Source: Veleropilina oligotropha (taxonomy: Eukaryota). Taken from it: a DNA stretch of 64,000 nucleotides. The DNA is taken from the NCBI GenBank assembly GCA_048128005.1, contig JBEUKZ010000125.1, forward strand, positions 124,001 through 188,000, read 5' to 3'. Shown one piece after another: positions 39,390 to 52,870 of this stretch (positions within the stretch are counted from its first letter, which is position 1; each line of letters begins with the position of its first letter). The position numbers and the translations under genes were made by a program. The notes under the pieces were generated by a model. That model was not told where the DNA came from. It saw nothing but the letters and a program-made list of their open reading frames with translations, and searched no databases.

Positions 39390-39500
39390 CGCCACGCGAA
39401 GTTTCGCGGGGTTTCGACGTCACATCCGGTTTGGACCTGTTGCTTTCTGCGACCTATTTCGTTACGTCACTCACTCACATTTCACCGCCATCTTTGAAAA
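39390..39500 (+). promoter_or_regulatory. CpG-rich promoter of gene 2 with E2F-like, CRE/ATF, ETS and YY1-like motifs
   Basis: tttcgcgg near 39402, gacgtca 39416-39422, catccggt 39423-39430, ttacgtca 39462-39469, cgccatctt 39486-39494; CpG enrichment against AT-rich flanks. Confidence 0.7.
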
Positions 39501-39593
39501 GTACCTGCTTCGCTCTCGTTTCTTGCACCAATTATCGGCTGAATGTGGAAAATCACGGATAGATCAGCTTTACACGAGGGATCTAAATGCCAG
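39480..39593 (+). other. Gene 2 probable non-coding first exon (5' end approximate)
   Basis: Strong donor CAG|gtaagc just downstream of the promoter motifs. Confidence 0.65.
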
Positions 39594-42471
39594 GTAAGCT
39601 TTCTAGCCATGTTCGCACGAGTTTGGTTGTGGATTTGACCTCGGGTCGAAGCGCATTCCTCTACAGGCCAAGATCGTCGTGCGTGCGAACTTTTTGCTTG
39701 AAGTGTTGGGTCGTGAGACACGGACCGTTATGCTGAGACTTTTACTATTAGCAGGAATTTGGAAGGTTTGTGTAACTTAGCATGCTGTATCAACCCTGTT
39801 GAAGTAATAAGTAGATAAAGTAATGTTGAGCCTGTGCCGTTTTAGTTTAGCGAAGTCCCTGTTAGCTTCACTATGCTTCTATTGTCCGTTTTTCGTGGCC
39901 TGTCAAACTGTGCACGTTTTTGTCGCCGCCTTTGGCGGATTGCGACCTCATCGGCTCCCAATAAAACATCGCGGCGTCATAGTAACCGCATTTTTAGCTT
40001 TAATTTAACAGGTATGGAGAATTTTTTCGCCGTTAAATTTCGGTTAAATTCAGGACCAGTGCGGCTCAATTTGATAGCCTCGCATTTGCTAGATTTTTGT
40101 TACTTGACTGCAAAAAACGATTTTCAAAATTTAATATCCCAATCGGGATATATATATATATATCCCGAAAATTGACTTCTCCCCAACCTGTTTAAAGCTT
40201 AATGCCTGCTATTTTTTAATCACGCATAACAGTCCGAGTCAGTTTTGCAGGTTGCATTTGAGTAATATTGTACAAATTTATTTTCACGTTGAATGCATTT
40301 CAGTGTAGTTTATAAAATTATTATGTACAGGGTTTATAAATGGAGAAAGCCATCGAAATGCAGTCTAATAACTATTTCATTTATATGCTTTCTGCAATCG
40401 CAATGGCTGGAAAACCAGTTGCGTGTATACAATATATTTTCATTGTATTGATATTTTGCGACAATGTTTGGCGAATATGATATATTCCTGTTGCATGTTA
40501 CACAATTCTCCATGACAGAATCAATCGATTTAAACAAACAAAGGGTTCATGTCATTGAAGATTTTTATCCATTTCATGTGCAGTAATATTTAGTTATGTT
40601 ATTGTTCGTGTTTAGTTTGGTCGTTTGTGTGAGGTCACGATGAACACACTTTATCGTTGGAGGTGTGGGGAGGGGTTCAACAGAGATCGACATTTGTACA
40701 GGGGCTAAGTAAACACCACGCAAGTAGAACTTTGTGTTAGTCCTACAGCGTTCGGCTGGCCCATGACACAACCAGATTGATTCGGGAGTTTAACTGTGCT
40801 TGTTAAAGCAGATATCATCAACTGTGCAAAAGAAACCGGCTGTCTATTCAGTTGGCCTATTTCTTTCGTTGAAAGCAGCACTAATATGCTGTTTATTAAT
40901 AGTAACATCAATTTTGATGTGTGATGTCTGTTTTAACTTTTTGAACATTTGTGAATTTTAATGTTGAAAACTGATTCAGGATCTTACAATTTATTATAAA
41001 CACTTCAGCTTCAGTCAACATCAGTCGCCTTCATATACTGGCATGAGACTTTTGGTGGTTTTAAACATTTACACTTGACCAAAAATATGTGATTATCATT
41101 AGCTATATGAATAATTTATATAATATTCAACAAATAAATTGTTTTGTGAATTAAAATTAATGGTTTAACATTTTGTGATGATGTTATTGTGTTGTGGTAA
41201 CTTGTTATAACTATTGTTTAAATTTTGGGTGCTTGTTTTTTATTTCGCATTTTCTATGATTATTTATGACACCCATGTTTGACGTGAACCATGAGAACAT
41301 CCAACAATTTCTATAAGTTTGTATTGGTGGATATGTTGTCAACTAATGTACATTCCCATTTTCGACATAATTTCCGTTACATTATTATTGAAGTTAGTAT
41401 TAAATTTATATTTTATGACATATATTTTTGTTTATAATTTCCATGAAATCCTATGATTAATAGAAAAAAAGATTTTAATTTTTTATTACACATTATTGGA
41501 TATTACATTGGTCTTCAACTATGGGATATTGTTGTAACGTAAATATAGCCATTTTGCTGTTACTTTCTGGTGTTGCCATTGTAATCGAGAGCCCTGACTG
41601 ACTAACCAGGGTCTTGCAGGTATCTAATTCCACTGCCAGGTTGTGTACATTTGTATGGCCTGGCCTACTGCTGCTAGCAGGCTCTAACCATTACATAACC
41701 AGCCTCTTATCAATACCACTAGGCAGTGAAGCAGGGTAGTACAGGAGAGATATTATCTACTTGTGTAAACAATGTTCCAGTTGAGTTTTTTTAGCAATTG
41801 TGTGAAATGAACTTGGTTCCCACACTGAATACACCAGATCTCATTAGCTAGGAGTCCACGTGAAATCTAGGCTCATAGCCACCAGCGAATATGATGAAGG
41901 TCGAAATGCTGTAATGTTTGTTGGGTTTTTATATTTTTCAAAATTCAATTTCTGGCACAATGATGATGTGATCAGGTTGGTTGGCATAATTGTTTTACGA
42001 CCACTTTTAGCAATTTTTCATCCGTATCATAGTCGGAACACCCGGTTTAAGGTCTGGCTCCGATCTGACCAACATACATTAGCAGTGTTAGAAACTAACG
42101 TTTTGAATAGCTGGCCACTCGGGCCAGAGCTGTCCAAAATTTACTGGCCCACAAATGAATTGACTGACCCAGTGTTTCCTTGAACATTTCCATATGTATA
42201 GATAATATACATGTCTTGACTACTTCATGTCTTTTGAAAACTGGTCAGTTATTTCTGTAATTATGTTAAAATCCTAGCAAATATAAAAGATGGATTCGCA
42301 AATTCATTTCAGAGACTGACGGGGTGGAGGCAATTGTAGGTAATCTGCATGACACATATAATTATTGTAAAAAAATCACAACCCTGTTGCATAAGATATG
42401 GGCACAGATGATCAAAAATGGATTTGATCTTGAATAGCTGACAGCTGGACAGTCAAATGTGGAGGTGGTAC

Positions 42472-43627
42472 CAGTGCCCGCCCTACCCACTCGCCAATTC
42501 GCCATCGGCGAATATAATCAATATATGGCGATAATATTGGCGAAGAGATATTTATTTCCCCAGTCAATCAAAGTTTGCTCTTGTAACTTTGTTCTTAACT
42601 AGAATTTGCGACGAGTTATTGTTTGACTTGTCTATTACTTGCCTGAAGGTTTAAACATAGTTACACCCGTTGTGTGTACAAATTTATTCCATTTTAAATC
42701 GTTATTTGTCTAGAAAGTTTGTTTTCTTAAGGCAAACTGCAAATCATACATGCATTGGTCCGCCATGTTTGTTGTCGGGACTTTCATGATTTCTTTTCAT
42801 ATTTTAAAAGATTTTTTTATAATAATTATTTCTCAAGTCAGGCATTGATGGAAATCGATTAAATACCTTTTACAGTAAGTAATATATGCAACAATTTAAA
42901 TAATATTAACTGTATCAAGCATTAAAATCGTATTTGAAAAGCAGCATATGAAACCAAATTATCTCCCTTGGCCTATGCAAACCTATTGTGGCCAAACAAT
43001 TTTTATTACAAAGACTTAATGTTATAACAAATAACAACAATATACTAATAATACATACTGCTAATTAAATTTAATGAATTTAATATATAAACTGTTAAAT
43101 TTAATTTAATACATATTTGGAAGTTCAATTACATCAACAAATCATATTACTTTATATTGAAGTAGTACATGCAGTGGTGAATAATTTTCAATTTTTTTTA
43201 CAAAAATGATTTTATAGATATAAAGACTAAAAACTTTATGCAAATAAGTGGTAATATGCATGCGATTAATCAATTATTAAAGTGAACAATTCAGTCTGGT
43301 CTTGAGAAATTTATGCAAATAACAAATAAGCAATTATGTGTATTTCCATGCATGGCAATATTTCATAACACATTTATCTCGTGACCAAATAAAGGATTAT
43401 ATACGAACACCTTGAAAATTTGACAATATTTTTACGCTAGGGAAGAATAGCGACGATTTTGTAACACATCAAAACTCGTGTGATCATAAGTTGACACCCC
43501 GATATTGCATTTGTAAGTTATATATTCTTTCATTTTTTTGCGGCTAATAAAGGACAAATTTGGCTAACAATATTTTGATTTGGCTAAAGGTTTGGCTAAT
43601 ACTGTTAAGAAGCCAGGTCGGGCACTG
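42472..43627. mobile_element. Nested CAG...CTG element with 5-bp TSD
   Basis: TIR cagtgcccg(c/a)cct; TSD ggtac at 42467-42471 and 43628-43632; tggc(g/t)a subterminal repeats. Confidence 0.88.
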
Positions 43628-44019
43628 GGTACCCACCTAAAAATTATGATCATGTGCATCATTACTTTGATATTGAAAGAATGCGTCCTAACGAGCCATC
43701 TGGCATGTACAATTATTCATACATCTACATCTTTCAATATCTGAATGGATATCACACCCAGTTCTAAGGTTCTTTTAACTGATGTCTGGTATATATTTGT
43801 CAAGTAATATGATGTGTTACATGATGTATTAATTATCAATGTTTTTTGTGTTATTCGTGAGACGACATCACAAATTGACAAAAAATGTTTATTTGTTTCT
43901 ATGTCAAAAAAAATTGCCATAAATATTGCAGACTGGGCACATTCATTAAAGATGCATATGAAACAATACGATACATTATTAAATTTGGTATACGTTTCAG
44001 CAGGTTACGTATATAGATA

Positions 44020-44883
44020 CAGGGATGATTCTGGCATTCTTTTAGGGCCGCCGAGCGGCCCCACTTTTTCCTGGCGGCCCCATTGTTGTACATATATTTT
44101 TTCCCAATTTACAATCACTTCAGATCAATTTATAACAATTATCTTTTTCGCCATATTGGAAATTAGTATATTTTTATGCAATATGTGGTACCCTTGCTGG
44201 ATTAAACATCGATTGCAACCGTTTTATAAAATACGACGTTTGCGAAACAAAAATAAACGATACTTTATCTGTCTGTACAGGACTTCGTTGCGATGTCAGG
44301 GACATGTTCGAAAACTAAATTTTATGCTTTCGTGTTCGGGATTTTCTGTCAAGGGTCGCTGCTTCAATATAATGATTATTTTGATATTGATATAGTACTT
44401 AATTACTTTGTTTCCAATGTTTAGGTGCCCCACATTATTTGTTAGTGAAATAGTGACATTTACAAAGTGAAAGTTGTGGGAAATTCCAGACACCACATGT
44501 GTTTTTTTAATTCGTTTTGCTTTAAAGGAAAATTTAAGTAGTAGGTAAGATTTGATGCCTTATGAGTCGACGTATCGTATTATTCGTTAATGATTATTTG
44601 CGGTAAATAATTTAATTGTAAGATATATTTCAGCAAATTTATAATTAAAGATGTTTTAGTGAAAAAGAGTAATTTTCGATAAAATCATTATCTGGTTACA
44701 TGTCCGATCAGTTAGATACTCCGGGTTGGCGTACATTTATGAAAATACTTCACAAAGTAACAATTTAGCATATAATATTATCTAAAGAACAATACGTTGT
44801 GAAATTCCCAATTTGATGTTTGTATAAAAATCCCCAATCACAGGGCTGGCAGCCCCAATTATTTTTCTGTGGAATGATCACTG
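44020..44883. mobile_element. Nested CAG...CTG element with 5-bp TSD
   Basis: TIRs cagggatgattc / gaatgatcactg; TSD agata on both sides; ccca subterminal repeats. Confidence 0.82.
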
Positions 44884-47032
44884 AGATATAACAATGAGTA
44901 TGTATACATAATATATATGCACAATTGAATGTTGCAACTCATCTGCTGTAACTCATTAAGACTATATGGCCTGTATGTCTCTGTGCCATCACTACATGAT
45001 CTTATTGTAAAATCCTAAGTTGCAAATATATTTGCCTTTTCACCTAAGAATTAATTTATAGCAAAATCTTATAATGATAGATTTGGTTCATCAGATTTTG
45101 CTAAATACAAATAATATTTTATAATAATAAAGCCACATTAATTATATTTTTCCATCATTTAAATTAAAATATAATTGTTCTATGTCTGTGGTACTGGTAG
45201 TATTAATTACACTCTCCAACAGTGGAAGTCATCAGTCATAGCTAGCATTGTAACTTTCATTGGTCAATTTTACATTAAAAATGAAATACAGTTTTAACAA
45301 CGAGAGTTTTTCTCTTGCAAGAAGACAAATAAAATTTATTTTTTCGTCTTTTAATTAATCATTCTATTTTAAACACAATTTCTTATTTAATAAATACATA
45401 ATATGATTTATCTGGTGAATAAATTATCCCCCTTGCACGATCGCAAATTTTAATATGTTGAAAGAGGAAATAGCATTCTCGACACTAATTCTATTACAAG
45501 GTACATAATCTATTATGGAACTTATTTTGTTACATCACGTCTCTGAAATAATTAAAAAGTATATAATAATTTATTACAAGACTTCATATACATTGCGCGA
45601 TACGAACGGAGCAGTCGAATGTTAAACATTTTCAGGTGGCTTCTGATAAACACGTGATCAAAATTTTCGAGATCTGACAGGGTAATTGGATTTCGGTTAC
45701 CTCTAAAATGCCAATATTGATTTATTGTAAATAAACATTCACTCTTTTAAATTATAGTTTTAAGGATCCGTATTTCCTATAAAAAATATGGAAAATATTG
45801 ATATATTTGATTTTCATACAACTTGTCGCAGTCCCTTGCGGACCACGTGTGTACAGGTTTCACTATAGTAATTAAGCATGTGGAGTAGAATTTCGTTCTA
45901 CAAAGTTCCATCTTATATAAAGAATTGGGAGTCTCAATTATCACTGCATTAATTCAGTTGAGAATAAATGGTTTCACATGCAAGTAAGTAATTTTGGACG
46001 CTTTTACGACCTTCTATAATGTTGACCTGTTGACAGATTCGGTCTACCCCCAGATAGCCTAGCTTGTTATCAGTTGAGCACACTGCGACTTGGCCCCTAA
46101 ATGTACGCAATGATGGATAATGATAGCTGCTGCCCTGGCTAGTGTAATGACCATATTTTAGTTTCTGATAGACGTTTTGTGCACATTTTATATAAAAATA
46201 TTGCTGCAAAATCTATTGACCCGGCAGACTTTCATATACTTAAATTGACTGGCCCGACAGAGATTTTGATGGCCTCTGGCCAGCAAATGATAGTTAATTT
46301 CGGACAATGATTAGGATATGCCATCTATTAGTTTTCAGCGTTAGAATACATGCCAGAGCGGGGGTAAACCGGTGCCAGAGCAGGGGTTTGAACCCACATC
46401 CTACCATCCCACTTATCGTTTGTTCGACGCTCTACCAGTTGAGCTATCGAGGACAGTTGAAGTATGATAATCATGTCATAAATCTATGGAAAAATATTGT
46501 TACAGCATGATCAGTGTATTTATTGTATATATAATTATATATGTAGTATTTTAAAATTATTTTAGCGTCACTTCACTTGTATGTAGTATATTTCCCCCAC
46601 AATTAGATTGTGACTGATAAAAGCCTTTTAAGTAGGTTAATGATATTTTTCTCCGAACATTAGGTGCCAGTGAACGTTCATAGGTACAAAACTTTGAAAT
46701 ATGAGCCAATTACTTTTAGACTAGACTAGTAGTGAATTTATAAAGTTAGCACTAGACAAAAAAATTATAATTAAATATATCTAAGTTTCGATAATGAAGT
46801 TTTCTTCCGAAATTATTTTCCATGTGATAGCATGAAAAACAGAATGGTGAAGTAAAATTTTACAATGTGCATTTCAGTAAACCAATAGCGTGTAAATGCT
46901 ATGTTATCATAAATGCAATTTAAGGTTTAATTTTTTGTAACGATTCGCACATAATTCTTTCAAATACAATAAGGATCTTTCCAAAATATCATACGTTTTA
47001 TGTTTAACTTGCCAAATATAATATTATTATAC

Positions 47033-48423
47033 GAGGCTTGGAAAATTCACTTCATGGTGTGGTTGTCCCAGGACTTGACCCAAGACTTTTCTGGTTGGTC
47101 CCCGATAATTATGGTTGCCCACACTATTTATCGATAATTGCGACTTTTTTTGAAACACGCGGGCAGAAACACAAATACTCTCAAAGTTTTCGTTAGGCAT
47201 AATGTCATTAAAAATATTTAATGGTCAATTTTACCACATATTTGCGAATCTCTTGAATATGTCTTGACCTTTCTATATTTCCGTCAAATTTTCAGAACAG
47301 TTATAACGTTACAATGGCGAAGTGTACTTCATGACTAATTCATCGATTGTGACTAGACATATTTGACATACGTTATGTAGCATATATGAATGAAAGTGCC
47401 TACTAAATGCATATTTTTGCAATATTGTGTCGCAAAAGTTATATACACGACCTACAAATATGTGCATACCAATTTTGGTGAAAATTGAGCCGGTAGTTTT
47501 CAAATAAATCGACGGATATATAAATATATGTATATATATGTATATATACAGGGCTCGAAATTGACTATCATTTGGTTGCCGCCGGCAACCAAATTTTTCC
47601 TGTGGGCAACCAAACTGCCGACAGCAGTTGCCGCGTGTACAACCAATTATTTTTTAAGACTTCGCGGTCAAACAATTTAATTTATAAAAATATATAATGC
47701 GAACGGCTGTGGTTCGGCCCAAGCTTCAGCTTTTACATATAATAAATTATATCTCACGTGACAATAGCAGACAATCGAAAAACATTGCTACGCGTTAAGA
47801 ATTTTGCTAGAAACACATCGCCGGAAACGCCCGAGAGAATTCCGGTGCGGTACGTGTCCATTCCGGGTCATTTATCTCTTATTACACGTATATTTTGCAT
47901 AAAAGTGTCTAATTATTATTAAAAAGTTGTATAATACCTTTTAATCAGTTCAGTATATTGACTTTGTGTCTGTAAATCTGAAGAAAACATCGATGTCGCA
48001 TGTGCGCCCGCCATGTTTTTTCTTTGTTTCTACCTTATTTCTACCTTTATTTCGGGGAGCACCCGTTTACAGTGTTGCATGTATTACAAACGCAAATACT
48101 TTTTTCATATACTAGTAGTACAACTAATGATCAGATGAAACTGAAGAATATGAATAAAACAAAATAAAATAATATAGGCAGATAAAGTTAGATAGTTAAT
48201 GACTTGAATTTTTAAAGTAGTTTTAATTGAAGATTTCCTATAAAAATGATACACTAGCTTCTTAGAAAAAAATTATCCCGTATAATAATAGGCCTAAAGC
48301 TATTATATGTACTGTGTACTGTATTTCAAATTCAATATGTACAACCATATTTTTTAAGTGGCAACCAAATCTCTAGATTCGGTTGTACAGTGTACAACCA
48401 GATATTTTTTTCAATTTCAACCC

Positions 48424-48473
<50 letters not shown>

Positions 48474-48905
48474 GATCATTTGATAATGTCTTGTCCTTTT
48501 TTACAAAAGGTTAAGACATAAAAAGCTATTGTCTTAATCAGCCTGTCTTAATGCTAAAATATTTATTGACATCAAAATTCTCAATTCCCATTAGCGCTAA
48601 ATTTGAAGACGTACATCCAAGCATGGCATAACTCGGTTCCTTAGTGTCGCACTAAGTTTCTCAGCGCGACCTCGTTTTCACTCGATGGATATTTTTCGAC
48701 TTTTGTAAAGAATAAAACAATTTGCTACACAAATCTACGACTGATACTAAGCAAATAGATTATGCTATCCATCTGCAAGTAATTAGACAAGTTTATATGT
48801 GATATTTATGGAACAAATGTCTTGTTGTCCACAGGACACATAAAGGATAATTTTTTGGTTGTCCGCCTCCGATTCTTAGCCGGACACGCGATTTTTCCTA
48901 GCCTG
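47033..48905. mobile_element. Older TIR element of similar type, TSD degenerate
   Basis: Ends gaggcttggaaaattcac / gcgatttttcctagcctg; ttgtcc subterminal repeats at both ends. Confidence 0.65.
47549..48426. mobile_element. Nested CAG...CTG element in a (TA)n tract
   Basis: TIRs cagggctcgaaattga / tcaatttcaacccctg; atata flanks; caacca subterminal repeats. Confidence 0.85.
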
Positions 48906-49053
48906 TATTAATATATATATCTGGATCGGTTAGCACTCAGCCACTGTTTTTTATACCTATGCCTTCAAGTTGCACTGTGCATTTTAAATAATAGTTAGTG
49001 TGAATTATCACTCTATTTGCATTTTCATTTTAGAAAACTGTTGAGCATGCAAG

Positions 49054-49218
49054 ATGGCAGGCACCGCTAGTTTAATGGTTCCGAACTACAGCCTGCCAGA
49101 AAATAGTACGGAAGATGACAAGGCCCTTCTCCACTCGCAAAAAGGATATTTTAATGTCAAAGGTCAGGAAAAAACGAACCCAGCAAAGGAACAGTATGTC
49201 AGCAGCAGCCTCAAAAAC
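49054..49218 (+). CDS. Gene 2 first coding exon (exon 49034-49218), 55-aa N-terminus of an unidentified protein
   Basis: ttttcattttag acceptor; aagATGG start; MAGTASLMVPNYSLPENSTEDDKALLHSQKGYFNVKGQEKTNPAKEQYVSSSLKN; AAC|gtaagt donor, phase 0. Confidence 0.8.
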
Positions 49219-50319
49219 GTAAGTACAGTTCTTTTTCCTGATTTGGTTACTTATATTGACTTCATTTATTGATGCAATGTGAATTTTATGATCATAGGAG
49301 TGAATTCCGTTAGTGTTTGGATAGTAATTATATCGGAAACTGGTCAAGTGTTGTAGGTAAAACCACCTGATCAGACATTTCAATTTTATCAGTAACCATT
49401 TGGTTTGGTCGGATATTGCGCTGTCCCGTAATACACGATAATATCGATATGTCTGTTGAATCCTAGTTGCTACTCAAGACTTTCTAATAATATTAATTAA
49501 TTAGTTCAATGTTACTTGGCAATTTTAAAAATCTCTCTGCTGTCCGCTATGCATACTTTTCAACTTTTGAGCACAATGTTTCCTAGTTATTTTATGCTGA
49601 GCTACAGATGGGTTGCTGAATGCATCTCGCCCATCTACTTTGACATCTCGCGGTTATTTTGCGTGCCTGTATAATTAACTTCTGCGGATTGAATGGAATA
49701 CAGCACGTGGGAGGGAACTGCATCTGTTAGGCGGTCATTACAGCACACTTGCCATTCTTTCCTCCATTGTTCGGCAGAACATTGCAATGATGTGACCGAG
49801 AACACATTGCTTGCAGTGTGAAAAACATTGTGGACCGTTTCTTTCGCTTCAACAAAAATTAGAAGAGAGAATTTGGAAATGAGTCTGAGGACACTATTAT
49901 ATGTGTATACAAGGATGCCAGGCTAGTAGTGGTTACTGTGCTACATTATATAAGAAATGTGAATTTTATTCAATAATTGCTAAAAGTTTAATATAAAGCC
50001 GCAACGGCAGTCGAGAGGATAACAGAAGTGGGTTCGAACCCTCGATGGTGAATTATATTTTCAGTTAACGGTAACAGTTGTCCAGAACTTGGGCGACCAA
50101 ACATTCCTCTCGCTATAATATGGACATGTCGTGCTATGAATCTGAAAGATGTTACAAACGCCTAACGGTACAACAAGCATCTATCAAAAATAAAAATGAT
50201 ACATTTGAAAAGTAATTTTAGTGTGGTAAGTTTGATACTTTATTGGACAACATGTAAATAATGTGGATATCAAGGACGAAATAATTCAGATACGTATATG
50301 AATAAATACTATACCCTGT

Positions 50320-50550
50320 CAGTGTTTTCTCCAGAAATAAAAAAGTGGGGGGGGTCCATAGTGCAACGGTATGTGGCAGGGACCTTAAGTTCCCCGCAGC
50401 ATAGGGAAAAATTGATTTTCCCTAGGTTCGGAGAGAGGAAAAGTATACATTTTATTCTTCAATTGCAACAGTTGGTGGGGGGAGGGGGATAAACCCCCTG
50501 CAGGAATTTTTCATGGGGGGGGTTTAAACCCCCCCTGTGAGGAAACCCTG
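50320..50550. mobile_element. Short CAG...CTG MITE
   Basis: TIRs cagtgttttctc / gaggaaaccctg; flanks cctgt / cctgc (4 of 5 match). Confidence 0.65.
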
Positions 50551-51319
50551 CCTGCATCCTTCTAGCTTTGGTGCCGCCCCGGTAGTCGTGTGGTCTCGAG
50601 TGACGATTCTAAAATCGCTGGCTCGATTGTGCAAACTAACAGGAGTGGTTTCGAAACTCTGTTTGGACATGACATTCTTTATTCAGGTTATATCAATCAC
50701 CATTTGTTCATGACTGGCAATGATATGGACATATCCTGCTTTGAACAGGATAGTTGTAAATATACAGGACATTAAGCATCAATCCAATCTAATGCATCTA
50801 GCTTCGTTGTTCTGGTGGTCAGCACGAGCAGCACCTGTTTTGGTATTGTGATCAAAGTGGTCAGTTCAGCAATTCCACTGTCCATCATCCAATGCACAGC
50901 TGTTCAATTGGTCAGGGGTAATTGGCAGCCAATGGTCAGTAGGCTATCATGATGTTCATTCTGGCCAGTGCCATCATGGGGAGTCCTGTTATTAGAACCC
51001 ATGGAACAGGGAGAGTTTGCTAGGACAAGCTAGATAAAGACAGATAAATGTCTGGTTTGTTTGTCCAAACCACCAGGGTGGTCATAGGCCAAATTTCTCC
51101 TGGCCAACCCAGCTTGACCAATAAACGATCAGATTGCAATAGAGATTGGGCACTAGGATAGTGGTGATATTTTGGTAATAGCTTCATTAAGATGGAACTA
51201 CATGAACAGCTGTCATGAGCTGGTTTATAAAATGAGTTCAGTGATAATTCAAAGAGCTCTATTGTAAATTAAGTGTAATTCGGTATTTAGGGTCAATTTA
51301 TAGCATTCATTGAGTATGG

Positions 51320-51580
51320 GCCACTTCGGCAGCGCAGTGGGTAAGAGTGTCCACTCTAAATTCACTGGCTTGATTTCGCTAATGCGAACAGTGGTGGGTT
51401 CAATACCTGGCTGAGGCATTGATATTTGTTCAAGTTATGAATTACAGTTGTCCGCGACTGGCCGAAGAGGGTGGGTTTACCCGGGCGACCGGGGTTTCCT
51501 CCCGCGATAGCACGAACATGTCCTGCCTTGAACCTCGATGTTGTAAATATACAGGACATTAAGCATCATTCCTCCCTCCC
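51320..51580 (+). mobile_element. Full-length young tRNA-derived SINE with V-domain-like core
   Basis: A box gcagcgcagtgg, B box gggttcaatacc, gggtttacccgggcgaccggggtttcctccc core, (TCCC)n tail, 13-bp TSD tcattgagtatgg. Confidence 0.92.
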
Positions 51581-52499
51581 TCATTGAGTATGGAAAACTT
51601 CTACATAGCAATATGCAGTTTGTTTATAAAACATAAATTTTCTACCAATACTGTATGAAAATGAATTTTACCTAGACTCACAATATATATTGATTTCTGG
51701 AAACTAATGCTTTATAATTATAAGTTTTCTGGGTTGCTGGTTCTTCCAAAATTATCAAATTTTGAATATTATAAACATTAGAAGTGAATGTTGGACTTAA
51801 CTTCACTTCAGTTAAAACATGTCATTTCTGGTTGTAGCTTTACAACAGTTCCTTACATTGCATTTTGTCAAAATTGCCTAAACTTGTGCAAAAAGAGGCA
51901 CAGTTACACCATGTCACAGTATTTGCGAATTGCTTCATTTTTGACCCATGATTATTCACCTGGAAACTAACTTAACAGTGGAATGGCATCATTAGACTCT
52001 GGCTCTTGTAAATTATACAGTTGTGACAACCGAGGTACAACGGTGTTGTTTATTCATTTATTTTCAATGTCTTGCTACCTTACAGGAAGGTAAATCATTG
52101 TCTTGCCAAGATGTTCCCAGCGTTGTTTTTACCTGGCATTTTCACAGTTTTACCAGCACTTGTTTTAGTCAAAGCAATCAAACTTTTTGACCCTGGTTTC
52201 TGGTTTGTGACCTAATTAAGGCCACCTGTTGTCTTGTTTATATTGGTATGCATGCATAGGTAAACGAGAATGCTTGGGGTAAGCACAGCTGTTCAGGCAA
52301 CAGTTACTTCATGGTCAGTGCCTGAGCAGCAGTTATGTTTTGAAAAACATAATCATTGAATTATGATAATTGGGTTTCATCATAGTTCATTTTTGATATT
52401 TGTATTTATATTCTGATATCATTGGAAATAAATATCATTTCTGTCAAGTTTGAAAGAAATTTAATGTTGATCTTTCATGTATTGATTGGTTGTTCAAAA

Positions 52500-52870
52500 T
52501 GTTCATTATTGTCTTGTACACCTGGGGGAATAACTTGCAAAACCATCAGTATGCATTCAGTGCAGTTTCTATTCACATTCCCAGCTTTCAATATCTAAGT
52601 AAACCATGAAATTGGTGGTTTAATGTACATACTCGTGTAACTCTTGTTCCTCCTGGAGGTCCCATCCCTTCACAATTAACTTTTGGATTCTATCTCAACC
52701 CCCCCCCCCCCCCCCCCCCGAGTCACTGCATGTGTGTGGCGCTGTGACTTACATAACTGCCAAACAGGTACCCACTCAGATGGGCTGGGTGGACTGAGGC
52801 ATATCTGTTATTTCCTTACCCAGTGAAATCACGGAGATCGAGGCGCGAACGTGAACCTCTGCAACTCGAA
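52500..52870 (-). mobile_element. CORE-like SINE, inverted relative of 6445-6770
   Basis: aactgcc..caggtacccactcagatgggctgggtggac is the reverse complement of the core near 6535-6590. Confidence 0.65.

Larger units (their letters stand above)
42083..46309. mobile_element. Non-autonomous TIR element with 5-bp TSD and nested insertions
   Basis: TIRs cagtgttagaaactaac / gttaatttcggacaatg; TSD attag at 42078-42082 and 46310-46314; tggcc subterminal repeats. Confidence 0.82.
41975..46455 (-). mobile_element. tRNA-derived SINE (Deu/Nin-like core) split by a 4.2-kb insertion
   Basis: tRNA head at 46380-46455 (gatagctcaactggtagagcgtc..gggttcaaacccc); body rejoins across TSD attag and matches the uninterrupted copy near 17025-17170. 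Confidence 0.75.

Noticed and set aside
43814..44395. 193-aa ORF
   Set aside because: Crosses the boundary of a nested transposon at 44020 and has no recognisable motifs
46380..46455. tRNA gene (also the head at 51320-51410)
   Set aside because: A and B boxes are present but the cloverleaf is degenerate and continuous with SINE bodies
49054..49218. Assigning a gene symbol to gene 2
   Set aside because: Only short non-conserved N-terminal peptides are visible and no family motif was recognised
51362..51559. Paralogous small ORFs MSCIFTTSRFKAGH at 51362 and 62364
   Set aside because: Antisense translations of two copies of the same SINE
52067..52089. ATG..GGAAG|gtaaat as a further alternative first exon
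   Set aside because: Phase 2, incompatible with the phase-0 set, and no clear promoter context
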